Positions 27,060 through 39,689 of a DNA stretch of 64,000 nt are shown piece by piece (the stretch's first letter is position 1; the number at the start of each line of letters is the position of its first letter). A program made the translations under genes and the position numbers. The stretch is from Carcharhinus longimanus. Its lineage: Eukaryota. Below the pieces are notes generated by a model. The model was not told the DNA's origin and made no database searches. It saw nothing but the letters and a program-made list of their open reading frames with translations. Where the stretch lies: positions 52,772,114 through 52,836,113 of the forward strand of contig JASCQW010000105.1 in NCBI GenBank assembly GCA_030264375.1, given 5' to 3'.

Positions 27060-27560
27060 GCTGTCAGACTTTGTCCAACATCTGGTAAGGGATCAGCCAT
27101 TGCCTTTGGCCTCCATCACAAACGTTGCACTCTTACTATTGGTTCCACCCATTACCTGGACATCATTTTAGGCAGAATTGGACTGCTTGCAACCTCAGCA
27201 TCTTTTATCAATATATAACTGAGCTTCTGATGCCCCATTGTTCCCTCATCACAAAGATTGCTTACCTGCGTCTCCAAAACATTTCCCACCTCTTCACATT
27301 AACTCAGACCATCTGCAGCTCAAATCTTCACCCTTATCTATACTCCATGATTTCTGTGCTCAGGTTTTCATCCTCCATCCTCTTAACTTCAGCCCCCTCA
27401 TATTCTGTCCTGTGCCAAGTCCTGCTTTCCCATCATCCTTATCCTTGCCGATAAACTTGGCTCCAATTAGAAAATTTCTTGTCACTGTACTTGGATCTCT
27501 TCATGGTATCTTTTGTCTGGAGAATCAATGGAACTAATATACACTGAAAATGACCCATTC
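27060..27560 (+). mobile_element. Old L2-like LINE RT C-terminal fragment
   Basis: atcacaaagattgcttacctgcgtctccaaaacatttccc (ITK.AY..L.NI) and cttcactggct-like/aaattctt patterns, pyrimidine-rich. Confidence 0.55.
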
Positions 27561-28799
27561 TTTTGCAATACCTTCATTCCTTGGATGAAACAAACTAATT
27601 ATTTTTTCTGTAAGAATTGAGCCTGATTAGGAGAAAATATTGCATATTAGTTTCTTAAATATCATGCAAACACCCGTTGTTCAGAAGTTCAAAATAGGCT
27701 GCACAGTCACCATAGTTTGCTCGTCAAATTGGGTGTGAACTTTTAGCGACTTAGCTCAAAATAATTATGGTCAAATGCTTTCCTCTCCCATCTGAGTGCA
27801 ATCATAGTAATGCTTCCACTCATGGGGTCATTCCATCCAATTTTCATCACTCTGTTACTGTGACCTTAACCTGAAGCCATGTGTTCACACCACCATCTGC
27901 TGGTCCGTTAGGGAAACAGCTTGATTCTGGTTTCATCCATACTTACACTACAGCAGGGTTAAAAAAAATTACAGAACAATTAAAAATAATAGGCAGCCCT
28001 TCATAATAGGCAGAATTATTCTCAGCATTGCATAACTGCTTTGTCTCTTCCATGTGAATCAGATTCAAAAAATGCTTTATATTCAAGACCACTCAGGAAA
28101 CTATATCAAAGAATGTCGATTTTACAAAATTTATAAATTATTTTCTGACATTTCCAATAATGTGATGTGAGAAGCTGCCTCAATCTGTAGAAATGTCTCA
28201 ATTATGTGGAAACAAGATTTTTTTAAATAAAAGAATCACAACTACAAAAGCTCCTGTAATTCTTGAAAAAAATAAATTGTTCAGAAAAACCAAGTCACTG
28301 GTGTGGCAGAATCACAAAACTATGGAAATAGGTCCCAATGGCCTCTAAATATGGGAGCAGATCATACAATCATAGCATGATACAGCATTGTAGGAAGCCA
28401 TTTGGCTCAGTATACTCCTCCAAAGAGCAGTCCAATTATTCACTTGCCACTGCTCATACTTTGATAACAAATTAGATACCAAGACACCACATACTGCTGT
28501 AAAATTAGATCATACCAGCCTATGCATAACTGAAGCTTGTAAGAGGCAAAGACGGAAAAAAAATTGAAAAATGTGACCTTAGCAAATGTGCAACTATGCA
28601 TTATGTAAGCCGAGCCGAGATTGTGATATACTATTAGAATAGAACCTGCTTCCCCAACAAGCTTTCAAAGTAGCTGGAACCTGCGATCCTGGTTTTGTTA
28701 CTTGCGTGTCATTTAATATAAAGACCGTTATCAGTCAAAGCATTAAAACTTATTATAAAAAGCTCTCAGGTGTATATCAAAGTAGAGTTATGATCGTCG

Positions 28800-29450
28800 G
28801 ACTAACAATCTTGGTTTCCATTGAAACCATAGTCAAACATTACTTAAACGTCTATTTATGAAGTCAAGGATCCTTCGTAGTCTTTCAAAAAGCCTTCTCT
28901 GGCTTTCGTCAAATATTTACAGAGGTACAACTAGCAAACTCCCTGCCCCAGAATCCACTTCAAAATTGTACCTTTTAGTTTATATTGCCTCTCCTCATTC
29001 TTCCCACCAAAATGAATCACTATACATTAATGCCAATTTCATCAGGCCCTCTGCTTCCTCTTAAAGCCCGGCACTATTTATTACATTTTTGAATTTCACA
29101 TCATCTGTAAACTTTGAAATTTGCCTTGTATACCCAAGTATCGTTCATTCATACATCAAAAATTACAGCTGTCCTAACATATGACTGTGAAGAGACACCA
29201 ATGCATACTTTACCCCCATCTATAAAACAACCATTCACTATAACTCTCTTCTTTTTGTCCCTTTGCCACTTTCGTATGCATGCAGCTGCTGCTTTTTTAA
29301 TTCCGTGAGCTTTAATTTTGCTAACAAATCTATCATGCGGTCCTTCATTAAACAACTTTTGAAAGTCCATATAGACAACATCAGCAGCATTACCATCATC
29401 CACCCATTCCATTACTTCAAAGCATTTTGCAAGAAAAGATGATGCAACGA
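28800..29450 (-). mobile_element. CR1 RT fragment
   Basis: WVDDGNAADVVYMDFQKLFNEGPHDRFVSKIKAHGI. Confidence 0.85.
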
Positions 29451-29949
29451 GCATGTTTGCACACACACGAGACTATCCCATTGATTGTAACAGAAATTTT
29501 TCAGCCTTGTAATATATCACAATGGTATTTCATCCATCACCACTGCAGTCTTTGGTGTGAAGACTTAATGAAGTTAATACTAGTCGAGTATTTCATTGAA
29601 ATTATTCCCGTTCTATCCCACGTATGATGATACTTTCAAGATCGAGATGATTTCTGATAATGCCTCAAAAGATATTTTGACAACATAGAATGAAAATGAA
29701 GGACAATCAAAAATACAAAGCAGCAAAATTAATGGAAAGATATTTGGTACCTTTCTGCCATTCACTAAATCATGATCCTTTTCAAATCTGCAACCAATTA
29801 CTTTAAAAGAGNNNNNNNNNNNNNNNNNNNNNNNNNNNNNNNNNNNNNNNNNNNNNNNNNNNNNNNNNNNNNNNNNNNNNNNNNNNNNNNNNNNNNNNNN
29901 NNNNNNNNNNNNNNNNNNNNNNNNNNNNNNNNNNNNNNNNNNNNCCATT

Positions 29950-30350
29950 AGTATAGAATCTTTCATATCCTTAGGATGTTCTAAAAGAGCATGGCAGCCA
30001 GTGAAGTATTTTTGAAAGGTAGTCAGTGTTGTAACATAGAGGAGTATGTCAACAAACTGCACACAGTAAGATCTTACAAATAGCAGAGATAAATGATTTG
30101 ATAAACTTATTTTTGACCATGTCGGTTAAGGATGAATTTTGGCCATGACATCAGAAGTAACTCAGGTTCTTCTTCAAATAGTGTGATGGGATCAGTGCAA
30201 CCTTTACATTCATCTAAAAGATGGAACCTGTTACATTGCAACATTCTCTTAATTTTGCACGAACTTTGGAGGCTTGATTATATGCTTAGACCATTGAAAT
30301 AGTGCTTGAACTCACAAGCTTCTGAATCAGAGATGAGTGATCCAAATGAA
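29950..30350 (-). mobile_element. Deu-domain SINE (SacSINE1-like)
   Basis: Minus strand gatcccatcacactatttgaagaagaacctgagtt...ggccaaaattcatccttaacc...ctttcaaaaatacttcactggctg. Confidence 0.7.
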
Positions 30351-30492
30351 CTACAATTGACATCTAGATAAACTATAAACAATAGCTCACAACCAGAGGA
30401 TCATTTTGGTGCTTTCCCAACATTTGGAGATTTTTAACACTTCTAATTGTAAGAATTTGAAAATTGAACCTGTTTTATATTTGCAGAGTCAT

Positions 30493-30619
30493 GGGGTACA
30501 ATTTTCCCATCCTGCCTGCCTTGGGAATCGTAGTGAGCAGGGGCAGACTATGCAAACATCCATTGACCTCGGGAGGGATGTTCCGGCCTTGGGGTGAGCG
30601 CTGTCGAAAAATCCCGTCC
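30493..30619. mobile_element. ~130-bp MITE-like repeat
   Basis: ggggtacaattttcc ... gaaaaatcccgtcc TIRs. Inverted relative of 7334-7460. Confidence 0.6.
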
Positions 30620-30756
30620 ATTACATTAACAACCTTGTCACTGTGATAGTTATTTCTGATTCACTTCTCTCATCAACCCTCCCTGAAGACTCTCCTGAAG
30701 TCCTTGGCGCCTTGTTCAATATAGTTTTGCAGGAGTTAAGCAGCCTCAGTGAATAT

Positions 30757-31002
30757 CATAAGAACATAAGAACATAAGAAATAGGAGCAGGAGTAGGCCA
30801 TCTGGCCCTTCGAGCCTGCCCCGCCANNNNNNNNNNNNNNNNNNNNNNNNNNNNNNNNNNNNNNNNNNNNNNNNNNNNNNNNNNNNNNNNNNNNNNNNNN
30901 NNNNNNNNNNNNNNNNNNNNNNNNNNAACGGCGTAATATTAGCCGTTTTCCAATCTTCCGGCACTTCCCCGGAATCCAGCGACGTCTGGAAAATAACCAC
31001 CA
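30757..31002 (-). mobile_element. Young 5'-truncated CR1, interior collapsed into 100-N gap
   Basis: (aagaacat)n tail on the left, VVIFQTSLDSGEVPEDWKTANITP on the right. Confidence 0.9.
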
Positions 31003-32329
31003 ATCAGCAGACTATTAACTGCAGGGGATGTTAGAACTAAACATAATCTGTCTTCAACCGTGGCTCAAACTTGCACAGTTTTAAGGAAGTAATTGATTTG
31101 CAATCAAGAGTAGAAACATTAATTAATTTCCCTTTCCTAATCTAGAAGTGTTGAGTTTAACTGTCACATCTCCATCACTAAATCACTTGAGATCAATTCA
31201 CCCAGAAAAGAGGGAGATCTGAATATTCCTCGTCCCTTTACCTGAAATTATTCATTGGATAAAGTTTGGTAACCAGGGAGCTAACAGTTTTCCAAAGCAA
31301 AGGATAAACATTACAGGAGTGGGGCCATAATAAAATTAGACACATTATTTACTGAGGCCATGTATCCAGAAAGTTTGATGGTGGCTTTCCTGATAGTGGA
31401 AATTCTTCTTTTGAAGAATGGGAGAATGCTGATCTTGTGTATGAACAACAACCTGCTATGAAAACCACTACATAACATGAGATTTTTAATAATACAATTT
31501 TTCATGAAAATAATAATGTTATTCCCTCAGATTTGTCTTCGATCCTTGTTCTGTAACCTGAAGATTCAGAGTCAAAAGATCAAGAGAAAAACACTCTCAA
31601 ATCAGCAGGTTAGAGACATTTTCAAACATCTCAAGGTACCTACAAAGATCTGACAAACTCACAGGAAACTTCAGAAGAATGCAGGGAAAGTAAAATTGGC
31701 ACTTAGCCTAGAAGGTATAATTTTGCTAAATTGTAAGTTGTACGAAGGCCACTTCAACCAAGTACAACTTCTATAGTAAACTGAACTCAGGAATTCGGTG
31801 AGTGAGGGAATTCTGAATGTTTTAAAGGTTGATCTATTTCTAAAATGTAGTTTAGCATTCAACTTAACTTTAATCTTCGTTTGTAGCTTCTTTCACAACA
31901 CTAAACAGTGGTAAACAAGTTGCCTGCTAATGTGGCATCTGCAGTCAATTGGGTGGTTAGTTAGAATTAGGTATCTGGACAGCTAGGACTGCCTCAGGTC
32001 TTTGGAATTCTCACTGGTGCAAAAACAAGGGGCTTTAAATATCAAATGAAGGTCCGCTTGTCAGAGTACTTGAGAAATTGATGAGTGAGGGAGTTATGTG
32101 CGAGGCAAGAGGTACTATTCTTGTCTTTTACATGACAAATAGTTGAACAAGAAATTGAGCACAAGACAGCAAGACACAAGAACTGAGGACCTGCTCAAAT
32201 AAGCAGGTAGGTTGTTGGTTTGTGAGTTTTATAGTTTTTTTTCTAAAATGGGACAGTACTTTGAATGTGAACTCTAAATAAGTACTCTATATGACGATCT
32301 AGACCAGTCACCATTGTGTGAATCAACAT

Positions 32330-33790
32330 TCATTGCACTTCTGAACTCAGCAGTTGAGTTCCTTTTTAACAACACCACATGTCCATATATATGGTGCTGC
32401 CATGAGATCCTCTCTAGGTCCATCTCCCATAAGCATCTTTATTGGTTCCATAAGAAACATAGCTATGATCGACTAACACCTAACCTCCCACCTCATGCTT
32501 ATTTCCTAATGTGGATGATACGTTCATTATATTTCAATCACAGCTGCATAAATAATTTCCTTACATGTAATAATGGGCTCCACCCTTTGCTCAAATTCAT
32601 CTTTGAAAGGAAGTGCAGTCAAATGAACTCCCTTTCCCTGATGTACTAGTTGACAAACCCACCAAGGTTTCTCTACTATGGTGTTCCGGAAGCCCACCTT
32701 CATTCGTCAAGTTCACTGGTCAACTATAAGAATCCCATACATGCTGGGATTCTTATAGTTCCACGTGCAATAAGACTGATCTTATTAGCAATCTTTTAAA
32801 TGGGGCCTGAACCATTTTCTCACCTTGCAGGCTTGATGCTGAAATAGGTGCATCAATCCCAACCTGCAGGTTAATGGCTACCCTGGTCAGATCATTTCAT
32901 GCTGTATATCATGCAAAATCTAGCTGGGTGTTAGGCTGTTATCTCTGGCTCTGAAATGTGCCCAGTATCCCTCAGATGATACTAGAAAGGTAAGGTATCC
33001 CAAACATTTAAGCAACAGGTGAAAGCAAGCTGTTTCACACTCCAAATCAGTAACAACTTAAGTGGCATTCACAATAACAGAATGCTGCAGTCAAACCAAA
33101 AATACATTCTGCCTATCACTCAAACAAGTAATGTGGTGTATAAATTTCAGTGTCAGTGTGATGCTAGGTATGTAGGCCATACGTCACAAAGACTGGCAGA
33201 TGGTATCAAACAGCATGTTCCAGTCGTTGTTCACAATGGGGAAGGCACTGACCATGTTCAACAAGCTTGTGCTTAAAAACTCAAAACACAGTGTCCAACA
33301 TTAGATGTGATTCTGCAATTGGACAATATTTGTTAAATAATTCGCTGACTGGTAAGAAATCTAAAAAATTGTCAGTCAGGCTTGCAATGTGGTGCACTTG
33401 CATAGACTGGGAGCCACACGTATTAATACACAATGCCTTATTCTTTGCAGAAAGAAATAAAACATGAACACACTTTGTGCCTGTTTCAGCTAAATAAAAT
33501 AAGTGACAGCCGTTCACTAATTCATTTGCCTTGGCCAATTAGGGTAAAGCTGCCTGGTTTAAATTTCAAACAATGCCTGGCAGTTAAGTGTCAATCACCT
33601 TCAACTGGTGTATACCCCATGGCATTACTTCGACCAGTCTGAATCTACTTGCCAATTAATCAGCATTTTCTTCTCATGCAGTGTAGGTTTTTGTTTTTCC
33701 CCTTATACTGGTATTCTTGTAACGTGTCCTGATAAATGCAAGACAAAAAGCTTTGACATGTCTCTCTTCCCAGCAATACTACACATATAC
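32330..33790 (+). mobile_element. Penelope-like element: RT C-terminus, GIY-YIG endonuclease and 3' terminal region
   Basis: LNGLHP.LKF.FE, TMVFRKPTF, WDSYSS, SNVVYKFQCQCDARYVGHTSQRLADGIKQHVP, DSAIGQYLLNN. Frameshifted. Confidence 0.85.
33723..33760 (+). ncRNA. Decayed minimal type-I hammerhead ribozyme motif at Penelope 3' terminus
   Basis: cgtgtc-CTGATAA-atgcaagac-AAAA-AGCT-TT-gacatg. Stem I (gtgtc/gacat), core boxes one substitution each from CTGATGA and GAAA, palindromic AGCT stem III. Confidence 0.5.
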
Positions 33791-33875
33791 TCCTACACTT
33801 ATAATATCTAAGTTTAAATAAACACCGTATTAAAGAATCACTCAACTAGTAAAACTGATTAACTACAAATAATTG

Positions 33876-34088
33876 CAAATACTGCAGATGCTGGTATCTG
33901 AAACAAAAACAGAAAATGCTGGAAAATCTCAGCAGGTCTGAGAGCATCTGTGGAGAGAGAATAGAACCAACATTTCAAGTCTGGATGATCTGTGAAGGAT
34001 CATCTAAGCTCGAAACATTGGCTCTATTCTCTCTCCACAGATACTTCAAACCTGTGGAGATTTCCCAGCATTTTGTTTTTGTTGCAAG
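33876..34088. mobile_element. ~210-bp fold-back (long inverted repeat) element derived from a Penelope-type terminus, flanked by 12-bp TSD
   Basis: Arms 33902-33990 and 33998-34083 are reverse complements. TACAAATAATTG directly repeated at 33864-33875 and 34089-34100. Confidence 0.8.
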
Positions 34089-35099
34089 TACAAATAATTG
34101 TTGAGTGACATTTCAAACTTTGAAAACATAATTAGTTAAAATGCAACAAAGCTGGCAGGACAGGTGACCTGTTGTAGTTGTAGTACATGTAGACACCTAG
34201 CCAATCAATAGCAACTGTGCCTGCAGTATGTAGCTGCAGCTCAACGCACATCAGCTCAGAGCTGAGTCATTGCAGCCAAGCTTCAGACATTGTGATGTGA
34301 CAGGGAGGGAGAAATGTACCACAGAGTTGATCGCAACAAATAATTTGCATAAAGTTATTTTTCAGTGCCAAAAATCATGTTTTTGCATATATTCAGTTTC
34401 AATTATGAAATATTATTCTCATATTCTCAGGCATCAATTTTTCATCCCAGAAATGCATGTTTTATTTACTTTATACAGTATGTCAGTGCATGAGATCAAG
34501 CAACTGTTGCGGTCTGTGTTATGAAGCGACGTGTGGGAGTTTAAGACACAACCACATGGAGCAACCCATGCATGGAATATTCAACTGAACAGATATAGAG
34601 GAACATGATTTATTATGCAGGGGCTATTCCAAAAGCAAAATGCCACATCTGATCCAGGCCATAGCCAAAGAGACTCCAGAATAAATGCAATGAACTCTTC
34701 TGCGTTGGATGCTGAAGACAATGGATTTAGCAGTTTAAAATACTTCAATTCTAGTTAATGTTATCTTTGTATGGTTAGTTAATTTAGTAAACTATTAACT
34801 TGAATAGTAGTTTATTTTTCAAACTCTAAAGAGGCAGCTACTCACACCAGCAATCAATATTCTGTACTCAGCGTATAAGGCAACTCTGATATTTCTAAGA
34901 GGTTTTGAAGGCTTCAAAGGATGAATTATTTATCTATATACTTTGCTCCAGAAGGCAGTCACAACCTATAGATTAGGTAAATCAGATTTAGTCTGTGATC
35001 AGGGACAGGAGGGTATGACTAGAGTAGGCAGGAATGAGGGTCTAGGAGGTAGCATAGGAAACATCCCGGTTCTTTCACTGTCCAACAAGTATGAAGTTC

Positions 35100-35322
35100 T
35101 AGTCACCACAGTCCGGCACCTGTTCAGGTACACTGAGGGAGAATTTAGCATGGCCAATGCGCAGAACCAACACTTCTTTCAGACTGTGGGAGGAACCGGA
35201 GCACCCAGAAGAAACCCACGCAGACATGATGAGAACATTTAGACTCCACACAAACTTAAGCTGGGAATTGAACTCAGGTCCCTGCCGCTGTGAGGCAGCA
35301 GTGCGAATCATGATGCCACCAT
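35100..35322 (-). mobile_element. V-SINE (HE1-related)
   Basis: ggagcacccagaagaaacccacgcagac V-domain reverse complement, head cactgctgcctcacagcg...gagttcaattcc. Confidence 0.85.
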
Positions 35323-36289
35323 ACCCCATAGAAATTAATAACTATATAAAAAGATGAATGTCCCAGTATCTGATGGAAAGAAGCCCAGGACAGGACTTTA
35401 CATTTTAACCCTCTCACTGTAACAAATGAACTGAAATCAACATAGACCAACAAACAACTAATACACAAAACTACAAAAAGTTACTTCCCTATTAACTAAC
35501 ACACCCAAAATACTTTTTCACTTTATGCTACATTCCCTGCAGATAAGTAACTTTGAAGGTTAAGTCCAAAACTCCTCTCAGCTTCTCAACTGGCTTCCTT
35601 CTCCCTGCTATCCCACACTGTGTCTTTTGAAAATCATACCACTTAGTACACTGGGTATCCCCAAACTAACCTCTAACAATAAGGTCCACTCTAGCAACTT
35701 CTTGGTCCTTAAATCACAAGCCTTGACTCTTCAAACAAAGAATCAGTTCTCACCAGCTCCTGTTTGTTAGCTCAATTAAAAAAAAAGCCATAGTCACTGC
35801 CACCAAACCCCACCCCCTCCTTTGCCTGGAGGCAGCCTGCCATCTTCTAGGCCCGCTGAAGTCAAGACCCATATGAGTAGTGCGCTGGTCAAGCCGCCAG
35901 GAACACACTGCAGGGGATCAACTTTGACAGGAATAATAAGTTTTGTCAGTGAGAAGATCTGGAAAATGCTGGCCACAGTCTTTTCCTCTGCCTTTTACAA
36001 CAGCCGCTATTTCCTCCCTTACTGTGTCTTGAAGTCTCCATGTCTCTGTCTACAGAAAAAAACAACTGCCTGTCTTGTATGTCAGAGTCTGAAAACAGTC
36101 CCTTGATTTTCTCTAGGTTTCATTTACAGATCACACGGACCTGTTTCCAAGAAGAATTAGTATGATCATATTATATGCTATATCCAGGGCATTCTGCTTT
36201 ACCTTAAGTTAGAAGAGAAGTTTTAAAACATAACTGTTTAACGAAGTCCTGCATTTCTAACAGTGCCAGCACATTTAGAAAATCATAAC

Positions 36290-36495
36290 ACTATAGAGCA
36301 GAGTCAACATAATATTTTGAAAGGTATTTGATAAACTTATTCGGCTGATTTGAGGGTGAAACAAGCAATGTGGATGAAGAAAAATCAGCAAGCATGCTGT
36401 ACCTGGATTTTGAAAAGGTATTCAATACGATGTCAGATAAAAGGTTAGTGCAGAAAATCAGAGCCCATCGTGTTGAGGGTGCTATATTAGCACAG
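36290..36495 (+). mobile_element. CR1 RT fragment
   Basis: LYLDFEKVFNTMSDKRLVQKIRAHRVEG. Confidence 0.75.
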
Positions 36496-36504
36496 AGAAA
36501 GAAA

Positions 36505-37680
36505 AGTATAATACAATCATGCTGGAAATTTGAAATACAAACTGAAATTGCTAGAAACATTAAGCAGGTCTGGCAGTTCTTGGGGGGTCAATAATAACAT
36601 TTCAGATTAATGATTTTTTAGCTGAATTGGGAAAGGTTAGAAATATAATAGGTTTTGAGCAAAGTGTGGGTGGAAAAAAGAAAGGTCTGTGATCGTATGA
36701 AAGACAAGAGAAGGGAAATTACAGAGCCAAGGGGAATGTTAATGAGGCAAGAAAACAAACGACGAAACCAAAAGATATGCCAAGAGCAGGTATGCTACAT
36801 CTGAAAGCATACAAAGAAAAGGAAACCAAAACGGAGATGATGATCTGAAATTATTGAACTCCATGTTGATTCCAGAAGGCTGCAAAGTGCTTAATCGAAG
36901 ATGAGGTGCTGTTCCTCGCACTACATTGAGCTTCAAAGAACAAAGAACAAAGAACAAAATCAGCCCGGGAAACAGGCCCTTCGGCCCAACGAGCCCGTGC
37001 CGCCATCTCAACANNNNNNNNNNNNNNNNNNNNNNNNNNNNNNNNNNNNNNNNNNNNNNNNNNNNNNNNNNNNNNNNNNNNNNNNNNNNNNNNNNNNNNN
37101 NNNNNNNNNNNNNCCCAGTATCTTGTCCAGTTTAGGCACACACTAACGACATGAAGCACTAGGCCAATCCTGAACAACCAAGAGCAGCCCTAGTACAACC
37201 CATCGCATGTATGCCCCTCGTTGGACACGAGGTGGACCAACTTAAAACCTGTGAATGAAAACTGAAACAACATATAAGACTGAGGGCAGAGATGAAGACA
37301 ATTAAAATAATAAGTCACTGGAAACTCAGTCATGCTTGTGGACTGGACAATGGTGCTCTGCAAAGCAATCATCCAATCGACATTGGGTCTCCCAATGTCA
37401 AGGGGACCATATTATGAGCACTGAATACAGTAAACTAAAATGGAAAAAAGTACAGGCAAATCGCGGCTTTACCTGCAAGGGGTGTTTGGTGCCTTGAACG
37501 GTGAGGGCAGAGGAGCTAAAAGGGCAGTTGTTGCATTTTACACAAGGTGTTGGGGTGACTGAGGAGTGGACCATGGTGCAACAGAGGGAACAATTCTTTT
37601 AGAATGCTGAAAGGGGAGGGGAGGGAAGTGGACCAACATGTCACAGAAGGAATGGTCCCTTAAGAATGTGGAACGGTCAG
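36505..37680 (-). mobile_element. Second Penelope-like family: GIY-YIG C-terminus and terminal repeat, interrupted by a SINE/LINE tail at 36934-37113
   Basis: Minus strand PLDIGETQCRLDDCFAEH (decayed YIGETxRRLGDRFAEH), EEQHL...LSTLQPSGINMEFNNF, FLRDHSFCDMLVH. The terminus resembles the fold-back arm at 33880-33985. Confidence 0.75.
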
Positions 37681-39689
37681 TATAACATTGGGCAGAATTT
37701 TTGGGCCTTCTAAGGCAGTGGATCTTCTGGTTTTCCATAGACAGCCACATTTGCAGGATCCCCGACAGCAAGATAGGCAAGCTAATAGCCATGCACAACA
37801 AGCTGGAATTTGGTGCAACCAAAAGATTCTAATGTCAGCCAATAGCGAGCCTCCTCCGCTATGGGAAAATACGTCACTGGGTTGCAGGTGGGGGAGAGGG
37901 ATGGAGTCCTAATCATTGCCTTTTGAAATATAGGACAAAAAATGGAGAGAATTTCAAAAAGAAACAATACATTGGCATTCTTTCAAATGTACCTTTTCTA
38001 AATAAATGGATGCAAACTTACATGTCTTGCCAATTAATTTTGAATGGCTACTGTCATTGTACTTAGAGGTCATTAAAATTATGGTCAAGTAGTCACTTAA
38101 TATTAGCATTATCAGGGTGTTAACGTCACTGGCAACAATTTCACATTATATTACTGTTTTATGACACATGCCAACAAATAAAGCAGCATCAACAAGATTC
38201 CATTATTTTCAATAACGCACCAGAGTATGAGCTTGAGAAATAATTCAAGGTCAATTAAGCTTTAATTAATTTAACTAGAGGCTGATAAAAAGCCTAGAAC
38301 AAGATCAAAGCAGAAAACTTCCTCTTTTTAATTGTTTAAAGTGACTTTAGTAACATAACTTTTTCCAATTCCAGAGACAGGATGGAAATCCTTGAAAACA
38401 TGAAGGTGTGATAATATCAGCGCAAAATCAGACTAGAAACTGGTGGGAATTTTGGAAGATTTAACATTCAGATTTTCCAAAGAGATGCTTGCCATTCCCA
38501 ACTAATGTACATGGGAGGTGGGCATCTAATAAGCCTAAGTGTACAACATGTGCACAAGTTCCCAACCATAACTGCATTTGCCTTTTGCACTGAGGTACGC
38601 TGAATACATTACAGATCTTTGACATCTATGATTGAAATGTTAGCAATGAACATCCTGTTTTTGGCACCAATATGATATATGGGAGGAACTTAAAGGATTT
38701 TTGTCTGAGCTTATAAAAATGTAAGTTGCACACTCTTCACTTTTGCATCTCCATGAATCACATTGCTTACTAGCTCACTGCTACTTATTTTCCCAGTAAC
38801 TGTATGTGTTCACTGTTAGCAAGCTGTGATTGAGTTCAGGCTCGTATTTGTGGAAGAGGTCAGGTACGGAGGCAGGCACTTCACATCCTCTGCCCAACAG
38901 AAGGGCAAAAAAGTGCTTATCAGAAATCTGCTTGAACAGACATATTATGTCAGTGGAGGTGACCTGTGACCTTTGCACTGTAAATACTGTATTTAGATGT
39001 TGCTGAAACATTGTTTTCATGAGTCAGCTGGACTATTGGCTCTGTTCCAAAGCTAATATTGTCATTCTTTCCTATATGGAGTATCATGCTATGCCCCTCA
39101 AAGTTTCAGAGTTTCAAAGAGCCACCTTGCTTAGTTCATATCATTCTGCGAATCACCACAGAGGCACAGTGTTGTACCTGAGTCCAACTTACATTTCCCT
39201 GCACCTCTAATACCTATCTCAAAGCATCCCCCTTCAGGGAATGCAACAAACTCTCAGGCCTACTCCCAGAGGTGCAGAACGCAAGCCACAAATTCTACAA
39301 GAAGCACTCAGGCCCTGACTATATCTTATGACTTGGGGCATGGCTTGTCACCCTGTCATCTGCAATGCAATGCTTAGGCCAACAAGCCCATGCCAGGCAA
39401 ATCCATCCCTCCCATTGCCATCTTCCTCTCAACATCATCGAATCATGGGTCATGATAATTTGGATGGAGAGGTTTCCCTTTCCAACAGGATCTGCCTGTC
39501 CCACATTGAACTGGTGCAGGCAGGACCTCTGCCCTTCATTCAGGAGGAAGTTCAGTAACTCAGCCTCTCCTTCCTGCATCAAATTTGATTTGGTAACTTG
39601 CAGTCTAGCATTCAGCAATGCTATTTAGTAAAAAGGCACTCATCTGCTATACAATGTGCAATGGATTTCTAGTCTACTACTGATTGGCC

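Noticed and set aside
38850-39660. Overlapping ORFs in moderately GC-rich sequence
   Set aside because: Possibly transposon-derived, but I could not assign any motif, so it is left unannotated.
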